Source: Thermoproteus tenax Kra 1
GTDB taxonomy: Archaea > Thermoproteota > Thermoprotei > Thermoproteales > Thermoproteaceae
DNA: 32,000 bases
Assembly: GCF_000253055.1 (NCBI RefSeq)
Contig: NC_016070.1
Span: 1,440,001-1,472,000, forward strand
Direction of reading: 5' to 3'
Under the pieces are notes generated by a model. That model searched no databases and was not told where the DNA came from. It saw only the letters and a program-made list of their open reading frames with translations. The position numbers were made by a program, and so were the translations under genes. Every line of letters starts with the position of its first letter. Within the stretch, counting starts at the first letter, position 1. Below are positions 25,667 to 32,000 of the stretch, one piece after another.

Positions 25667-28314
25667 CTCGTATTAAGCTTTATGATATTTATATTGAAGG
25701 GCCTCCCATGGTCTGACTTAGATACATCAGTCCCATCGTCTCCATATAGCGGTTGTAACAAGAGGCCCGTGCCGTATCTAACAGTCCCATCGTAGGCCAC
25801 ATATGCATCCTGGAGTGCGTTTATTATACGGCGTTGCATATAGCCGCTTTGGGCAGTGCGCACGGCCGTATCGATCAAGCCATCTCTTCCTCCAGCTGCG
25901 TGGAAGAAATACTCAATTGGCGTAAGTCCGCGTTTAAATGAAGATCTCACAAAACCGCCTGAGAATGGCCCTATATCGCCGACGGGGAAGTGTGGAAGAG
26001 TCCTTGTCCTATATCCACGCTTTATCCTCTCTCCTCTGATAGTCTGTTGCCCCAACGTGGCGACCATTTGTACAATATTTGTTAGGCTACCGCGGGCGCC
26101 CGTCTTGGCCATCAAATAGGCCTCGGACCTCTTATCGATATATCTATCTACTACGGCCTCAGCATCGCTGCGGACCCTCGATAGTATCTCGGCCAATCTG
26201 TTCTCTAGCGTCTCTTGTACCGTGTAGCCCGGCGCCGCTTCCAGTCTTCCCTCCCGGTAGATCTCTATTAGCTCCATCGCTTTGTTTATGCCGTTCTCGA
26301 TTATCTTATCGACCTCATGTAAAGCCTCATCGGGCAAATTCAGTGAGTCTAGGCCCATAGAGAAGCCTCTCAAATCTAAGAACCTCAAGAAGAGTCGTAG
26401 GGAGGAGTCCAGCCAACGTCTGGCCACATCGGAGCTGTAGTCGCGCGCAATGCGGTGCCATAGAGAGTCCACTTGCTCCGCGCCTATCGACTTCTTGTCC
26501 AGTGTGCCCGCCAACAGGTTCCCATTGATTATGATGATCCACTCATCCTTTTCACACGTATAAGGCTCCTTGCAAGTAGATTTAAACGCAGTGGGCTGTA
26601 CCCAGTTGAAATCTCTGGGCAACGTCATACTGATTATCTGTTTGCCCGTCCAGAGCTCTACAGGGTGCAAAATCGCAGGCTCTGGCAGTTCATCCTCTAG
26701 CTTCATCGCTCCTACTAAAAATGCCGCCTCCTTTTTTGTGAGCAATGTAGTCTTCCGCGATAGGAGGTAGGCTCCTATTATGTAGTCCTGGCGGGCGCCT
26801 ATTATGGCGCCTCCATACCGCGGCGTGACTATATGCTCCTGGACGAGCATCAACGTCCTGGCCTCAGCTCTGGCCTCCTCAGTTTGAGGTATATGTAGGT
26901 TCATCTCATCTCCATCGAAGTCCGCGTTGTATGGCGGACAGACGGCCAAGTGTAGCCTGAACGTTCTACCCGGCAGGACCCTCACTATATGACCCATCAT
27001 GGAGACCCTATGCAACGAGGGCTGGCGGTTAAACAACGCTATATCGCCATCTCTAATGTGTCTTTCAACGATCCAGCCGGGGGCCAACTTCTCCGCGAGC
27101 TGTTTTCTATCTTTTACATATCGTAAATCTATACGTCTTCCCTCAGGCGTAATGACGTAGTTGGCTCCAGGCCACGCCTCAGGCCCCCTCATGACAGCTT
27201 GCTTGAGATCCTCCAAGTTCCACTGAGTTACTCTCTCTGGGACTGTGAGCACCTTGGCTATATCTATCGGAACGCCTACCTCGTTTATACTCAAATTGGG
27301 GTCAGGGCTTATCACTGTGCGCGCCGAGAAGTTGACGCGTTTGCCCGAGAGGCTGCCTCTGAAACGGCCCTCCTTTCCCTTAAGTCTCTGCGCAATGCCC
27401 TTTAGAGGTCTACCGCCGCGGTGCTTAGCCAGTGGGATCCCAGGAAGCTCATTGTCGAAATATGTGGCTATATGGTATTGAAGAAGGTCCCAGAGGTTAT
27501 CTATTACATTAGTGGGAGCGCCCGTCTCTAAGGCTATCTTCAGCTTTTCGTTCATCCTCATTATGTCCACAAGCTTGTGAGTCAGGTCGTCCTCGCTCCT
27601 GATGCCCGTCTCCAACTGGATCGAGGGCCTTACGTGAGGCGGAGGCACCGGCAGAACTCTAAGGATGGCCCACTCGGGCCTCGCAGATGTAGGGTCGATG
27701 CCCAACAGCTCTAGGTCGCTGTTTGGCACTTTAACGAGACGCTCGAGTACAGTCTCGGGGTCCAACTTGATCAGAGCGCCTGTCTCAGTCTCCTCGTAGA
27801 AATTGTACGGCCTCTCGAAGCGTATCTTGTTGCGTTTGTAGCCGCAGTGCGGACACGTAGTCCTCTCCGCCGCCTTGCGGAGTATTTTCTCATGAAGGTT
27901 GGAGGCCAACAGCTTCCATCTGCCCTTGAGTCTCTGAAGACGCTCACTATATCTCCTTATCTCCTCATCCTTCAGCATTATTCTGCCGCAGTGCGGACAC
28001 GTGGCCCTCAATACATCGTATATAAAACGCGCGAACTCGACGTGGATAACAGGCTTGGCCAACTCAATATGGCCGAAGTGTCCGGGGCAGACGTCGTAGG
28101 ACTGCCCACACGTTTCACATTTCGCTCCAGGCTCGGCCACTCCCAGTCGTCTATCCATCAAGCCGCTTCGCACAGGTAGCCCGCCTTCATCGTAGATCTC
28201 AGATGTAGTGATCTCTAAGGTGGAGTATCTCCTTATTAAGTCGGGGCTGAGAATGCCGAACTTAATGCCCTTTATGATCTTAGTGGGCACTACGTCTATC
28301 TGGGAAACGGCCAC
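25663..28314 (-). CDS. rpoA1: DNA-directed RNA polymerase subunit A' (Rpo1N)
   Basis: VNFSARTVISPDPNLSINEVGVP, FNRQPSLHRVSMMGH, YNADFDGDEMNLH; CETCGQSYDVCPGHFGHIEL zinc motif. Confidence 0.98.
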   Translation of the reverse strand: MAVSQIDVVPTKIIKGIKFGILSPDLIRRYSTLEITTSEIYDEGGLPVRSGLMDRRLGVAEPGAKCETCGQSYDVCPGHFGHIELAKPVIHVEFARFIYDVLRATCPHCGRIMLKDEEIRRYSERLQRLKGRWKLLASNLHEKILRKAAERTTCPHCGYKRNKIRFERPYNFYEETETGALIKLDPETVLERLVKVPNSDLELLGIDPTSARPEWAILRVLPVPPPHVRPSIQLETGIRSEDDLTHKLVDIMRMNEKLKIALETGAPTNVIDNLWDLLQYHIATYFDNELPGIPLAKHRGGRPLKGIAQRLKGKEGRFRGSLSGKRVNFSARTVISPDPNLSINEVGVPIDIAKVLTVPERVTQWNLEDLKQAVMRGPEAWPGANYVITPEGRRIDLRYVKDRKQLAEKLAPGWIVERHIRDGDIALFNRQPSLHRVSMMGHIVRVLPGRTFRLHLAVCPPYNADFDGDEMNLHIPQTEEARAEARTLMLVQEHIVTPRYGGAIIGARQDYIIGAYLLSRKTTLLTKKEAAFLVGAMKLEDELPEPAILHPVELWTGKQIISMTLPRDFNWVQPTAFKSTCKEPYTCEKDEWIIIINGNLLAGTLDKKSIGAEQVDSLWHRIARDYSSDVARRWLDSSLRLFLRFLDLRGFSMGLDSLNLPDEALHEVDKIIENGINKAMELIEIYREGRLEAAPGYTVQETLENRLAEILSRVRSDAEAVVDRYIDKRSEAYLMAKTGARGSLTNIVQMVATLGQQTIRGERIKRGYRTRTLPHFPVGDIGPFSGGFVRSSFKRGLTPIEYFFHAAGGRDGLIDTAVRTAQSGYMQRRIINALQDAYVAYDGTVRYGTGLLLQPLYGDDGTDVSKSDHGRPFNINIIKLNTR

Positions 28315-28375
28315 GCCCCGTCAGAGAAATCTATATATAAATTTTAACTTTTGACGGAGTCTACGATAAAACGAC

Positions 28376-31300
28376 TTACTCTAGGATTTCGGCCAGCTCT
28401 AATTTGGGGTATATGCCCAGAGATATCAGCTCTTGGAGCAATAGCTTGAACGCATAGGGGACCACCACTTTGGCGAACTGGCCAGTCTCTCCGTGAATAG
28501 GACACTTAGGCCTATTCGTCTTTGCGTCCAGATATGCGGGCAGGCCGCAGAGTTCGCAGACGTACATGACGTATTTATCGCTGGATTCGACCATCCTCTC
28601 ATAGAGCAACGCGGATGCTCCGTGGGCGATGAGCACGTCGCGCTCCATCTCGCCTAGCCTCAGCCCTCCCTCTCTAGATCTGCCCTCAGTGGGCTGTCTA
28701 GTCAAGATTTGCACAGGCCCTCTCGAGCGCGCGTGGATCTTATCGGCTACCATATGGTGGAGCTTCTGATAGTACACAATCCCTATAAAGATATCGGCGA
28801 CCAACTTTTCTCCTGTGATTCCGCTGTACATAACCTCTTTGCCATCCCATCTATATCCCAACTTCATAAGGAGCTCTCTGAGCTCCGACTCGGGAACCCC
28901 CTCGAAGGGGGTGGCATCTATCAATCTCCCTACCATAGCACCTGCCTTCCCAGCTATGGATTCAAGGAGTTGGCCAACAGTCATGCGGGAGGGCATGGCG
29001 TGTGGATTTACTATTATATCGGGCACTATGCCGTCCTCTGTAAACGGCATGTCCTCCTGCCTTAGGAGCATTCCGATAACACCCTTCTGTCCGTGGCGCG
29101 ACGCAAACTTATCGCCCAACTCAGGCACACGGAGCTCCCTCAGTCTCACTTTGACCAGCTTGTTGCCCTCGGGCGACTCCGTTATCACGACTCTATCGAC
29201 GATGCCCTTTTCGCCCCTTCTTACAGGTATCGAGGCGTCCCGACGCTCCTTTAGAATTTTCTCAGTTTCCAGAGTCATGTAGAAACGCGGAGGCGCAGTC
29301 TTCCCTATTATGACCTCGCCGCCTGAGACGTAGACCTCTGGCGGAGCTATTCCGTCCTCGTCCAAGTGTCCGTAGGCCTCGGGCCCCCTATAGCCTCGCG
29401 CCGAGGGGTCCGGCACCTCTATTCTGTCCTCCTCGCCGCCAGGATATTTCTGTTCCTCCGTCTCATAGGTACGATAGAAGTTCGAGCGCATAAAGCCCCT
29501 CTCGACAGAGGATTTGTTCATAATTATGGCGTCCTCTATATTGTAGCCCGTATATGTCAGCAGTGCGACTACGGCGTTCTGGCCAGCCGGCTTCCGCGAA
29601 TATCCAATGAGCTCTAGACCCCTCGTAGTGACTATGGGTCTCTCCGGATAGTACAACATGTGCCCTCTAGAGTCTAGTTTGTACATAATATTGGCTTGAG
29701 GAAGCCCTAGGGACTGTTTGGCCATCGCTGCCTCGTATTGGTTGCGCGGCGATTGGTTGTGTTCTAGGTATGGGATAATGGAGGCTATGGCCCCGAGGAT
29801 AGATGAAGGAATAATCTCCATATGGGTGTACCCAGCGAGATCCTCCTGAGGATCTACAGCTATATGCGCATTTTCCTCCTCATCTGCGTCCAGATACTCG
29901 ATCACGCCCATTTTAATCAGGTCGTTCCACGTCAGCTCGCCGGCCACCAACTTCTGTACGTGCTCCCTTGTTAGCTTCAGTTTGCCGTTCTCGACAACCA
30001 ATAGAGGGCGCCTTATACGTCCGCCATCGCAGTTCACATATATCGAGTTGCCCAAGAGGGCGACATTAACTTCGTCGTGGACCTTCCCTTGTCTCCTCAT
30101 GGTTCTGATGTTTTTAACCAACTCCTCCGGCTCTGGATGCACTCCTATCAATCTGCCGTTGAGGTACACCTCAGCTCCAGCTACGCCGTTACGTCTAGCC
30201 TCTAACACGGGCACTACGCCCAAATTATACAAGAGTCCCTCCACACTCGACTCATCAACTCCCATTGTCACTTCAGCCAACAAAGCCAAATTCTTGACCA
30301 ACCCGACGTTCTGACCTTCAGGCGTCTCAACGGCGCATAGTCTGCCCCACTGGGTTGGATGAAGATCGCGGGCCTCGAAGTGAGGCTGAGTTCTGCTCAA
30401 AGAAGATACGACCCTCCTCAGATAACTAAGCGTCGACAGATAGTTAGTTCTGTCAAGTATCTGCGAAACGCCCGTCTTTCCTCCCACCCAGTTTCCTGTG
30501 GCGAGCGCCTGTTTCACACGCTCCGTAATAATGTCGGGTCTCACTATGGTCTGAAGGTGAGGTATCTTGCCTCTGGCGTAATATTTCTCCAATTGATTCT
30601 TCAACTCTTGGAGGAACTGCTTCATCACAGTTCTGAATAGTTGGGCCAACAGATCGTTGACCAGTCGCACGCGCTTATTGGCGACGTGATCCTTATCGTC
30701 TGGCCTCCTTCTGCCGAGTTGCATCTCTATGAGGCCCTTGGCTACTTGGCCCAACAACAACGCCTTCTTTATTCTGGCCTCCTGCATGGCCTTATCGTCT
30801 GGCTTCTGTGGGTTCAAGTTCGGCAGGAAGTATTTGTCGAGTATCTGGAGCGCCCTCTCTATCCTTATGGGCCGGGGCTGTCCCACGGCTATCTTGCCGC
30901 CTATGAAGTCCAGTGCATCGTCCCTAGTAGTGGCTATCTCTTGTCCAGCCAACAGCGAGGGCAATAGCTCCTTCTGGATATCGGGATCGTCAGAGACGGC
31001 AAGAACTATATCTTGGTCGCTCTCTAGACCCATGGCGCGCATGTAGACCGTGAAAGGTATTCTCACCGGTATGGCGGAAAGCGTCACGTATATTACGCCG
31101 TCTTTGTGATATTCCACCGTCATGGTAGCGCGGTAGCCCGGCCCCGTTGAGATCACCTTGGCGAGATATCTTACCGTTGGTTTATCGCCTACGTCATATA
31201 TAGGCCTATCTGTCACAAGATCCTCTTGGCTTATAACAACGCGCTCGCTTCCGTTAATTATGAAGTAGCCGCCCGGATCCTCCGGATCCTCAAACTTCTT

Positions 31301-31759
31301 GGCATACTCCTCCGGCTTTAGTCTAGTCAAGTTGCACCTCTTAGACTTAACTACTATTGGCAGCTCGCCCGCGTATATTGTTTCTGTCGCGTAGGGCTCA
31401 TCGTCGACGTAAAGCGTCATTGTGAGATATATGGGGGCACTGTAGGTGGCGTTGCGCAGCCTGGCCTCCATGGGATAGATGAGAGATTCCGAGCCGTCCG
31501 GCTCCTTTATACGCGGCCAACCAATTTCAACCCTCTCTATCACGACTTTCAAGCCCTTTATCTCCGTCTCCACAGTCCCCATCTCCTCAACGATCTTGGG
31601 CAGACGCCTTTCAACAAAGTCGTTGAAAGCTCTTATCTGGTGGTCTACTATGCCTCTATCCCTTATGAACGCCCTTACGAGGGCCCATCTGTCATCGGAG
31701 GTAGGAAACAGCCCATCCCCTCCTCGATATTTAATGGGTATGGGGAGCAGATCTACCAT
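28376..31759 (-). CDS. rpoB: DNA-directed RNA polymerase subunit B (Rpo2), unsplit
   Basis: LCAVETPEGQNVGLVKNLA, NAVVALLTYTGYNIEDAIIMNKSSVERG, GDKFASRHGQKGVIGML, SREGGLRLGEMERDVLIAHGAS. Confidence 0.98.
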   Translation of the reverse strand: MVDLLPIPIKYRGGDGLFPTSDDRWALVRAFIRDRGIVDHQIRAFNDFVERRLPKIVEEMGTVETEIKGLKVVIERVEIGWPRIKEPDGSESLIYPMEARLRNATYSAPIYLTMTLYVDDEPYATETIYAGELPIVVKSKRCNLTRLKPEEYAKKFEDPEDPGGYFIINGSERVVISQEDLVTDRPIYDVGDKPTVRYLAKVISTGPGYRATMTVEYHKDGVIYVTLSAIPVRIPFTVYMRAMGLESDQDIVLAVSDDPDIQKELLPSLLAGQEIATTRDDALDFIGGKIAVGQPRPIRIERALQILDKYFLPNLNPQKPDDKAMQEARIKKALLLGQVAKGLIEMQLGRRRPDDKDHVANKRVRLVNDLLAQLFRTVMKQFLQELKNQLEKYYARGKIPHLQTIVRPDIITERVKQALATGNWVGGKTGVSQILDRTNYLSTLSYLRRVVSSLSRTQPHFEARDLHPTQWGRLCAVETPEGQNVGLVKNLALLAEVTMGVDESSVEGLLYNLGVVPVLEARRNGVAGAEVYLNGRLIGVHPEPEELVKNIRTMRRQGKVHDEVNVALLGNSIYVNCDGGRIRRPLLVVENGKLKLTREHVQKLVAGELTWNDLIKMGVIEYLDADEEENAHIAVDPQEDLAGYTHMEIIPSSILGAIASIIPYLEHNQSPRNQYEAAMAKQSLGLPQANIMYKLDSRGHMLYYPERPIVTTRGLELIGYSRKPAGQNAVVALLTYTGYNIEDAIIMNKSSVERGFMRSNFYRTYETEEQKYPGGEEDRIEVPDPSARGYRGPEAYGHLDEDGIAPPEVYVSGGEVIIGKTAPPRFYMTLETEKILKERRDASIPVRRGEKGIVDRVVITESPEGNKLVKVRLRELRVPELGDKFASRHGQKGVIGMLLRQEDMPFTEDGIVPDIIVNPHAMPSRMTVGQLLESIAGKAGAMVGRLIDATPFEGVPESELRELLMKLGYRWDGKEVMYSGITGEKLVADIFIGIVYYQKLHHMVADKIHARSRGPVQILTRQPTEGRSREGGLRLGEMERDVLIAHGASALLYERMVESSDKYVMYVCELCGLPAYLDAKTNRPKCPIHGETGQFAKVVVPYAFKLLLQELISLGIYPKLELAEILE

Positions 31760-31998
31760 TAGCCCGGCACAACTAGTCTATATATAACTGATTCTCCCGC
31801 AGTCTCAGAACGTCTCACTATCTTGATCACATCGCCTGGCTTCGCGCCAACCGCTTTAACAAGGGGATCGCTCGACCTTATCCAAGGTATCTGCCAGGGC
31901 CTTACTCTCAGCTTTCGGAGCAACGCCCTGGCCTCCTCCTTAGTTAATACGACGACCTCCTGAGGCCCTAGAGAGTGCTCAAGAACTCTTTTGCTCAC
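31759..31998 (-). CDS. rpoH: DNA-directed RNA polymerase subunit H (Rpo5)
   Basis: SLGPQEVVVLTKEEARALLRKLRVRPWQIPWIRSSDPLVKAVGAKPGDVIKIVRRSETAGESVIYRLVV; GTG start near window edge. Confidence 0.94.
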   Translation of the reverse strand: MSKRVLEHSLGPQEVVVLTKEEARALLRKLRVRPWQIPWIRSSDPLVKAVGAKPGDVIKIVRRSETAGESVIYRLVVPG

Positions 31999-32000
31999 GG

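Noticed and set aside
25856-31787. Many plus-strand ORFs of 60-155 aa antisense to rpoA1 and rpoB
   Set aside because: Antisense shadow ORFs of long GC-leaning genes, with no independent domain or spacing evidence.
1-32000. CRISPR arrays, tRNAs, transposons, toxin-antitoxin or defence islands
   Set aside because: No regularly spaced repeats, transposase, integrase, Cas or restriction genes seen, and no complete tRNA cloverleaf noticed; this reads as a core housekeeping region.

Overview
This is a gene-dense crenarchaeal chromosome window. The proteins, leaderless GTG/ATG starts and CTTTATATA-type promoters look like Thermoproteales (Thermoproteus/Pyrobaculum-like); that assignment is inference. 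I found no CRISPR, tRNA, rRNA, transposon or phage-like module. Main content: pyrH, a HTH protein, a YchF-like GTPase, an unknown membrane protein, an eight-CBS-repeat protein, uS11, a NOG1-like GTPase, RtcA, an ADP-forming acyl-CoA synthetase alpha subunit, a SAM hydroxide adenosyltransferase family protein, a DUF47/PhoU-like protein, an AmmeMemoRadiSam-type radical SAM enzyme, a proteasome beta subunit, endonuclease V, a DUF357-cytidylyltransferase fusion, a UPF0179 protein, RIO2, a DUF460 RNase H-fold protein, SAM synthetase, Sm-like protein, and the RNA polymerase/ribosomal block (RpoN-uS9-uL13-eL18-RpoD-uS12-NusA-like-eL30-RpoA2-RpoA1-RpoB-RpoH). The observations most worth following up are: (1) at least 14 sharply bounded islands, about 70-130 nt each, inside intact conserved genes, where codon third positions become almost entirely A/T while flanking codons are GC-leaning; (2) a GC-rich, ORF-poor ~310 nt locus at about 818-1127 whose ends are complementary, a candidate structured RNA; (3) a C/D-box sRNA candidate at 7406-7457 whose D' guide is complementary to the common tRNA sequence CGUAGCUCAGCG; (4) a DUF460 protein with RuvC/RNase H-like motifs and a coiled coil; (5) a proteasome beta subunit with Ala where the catalytic Thr1 should be. 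I see no clear new multi-gene defence or mobile system.
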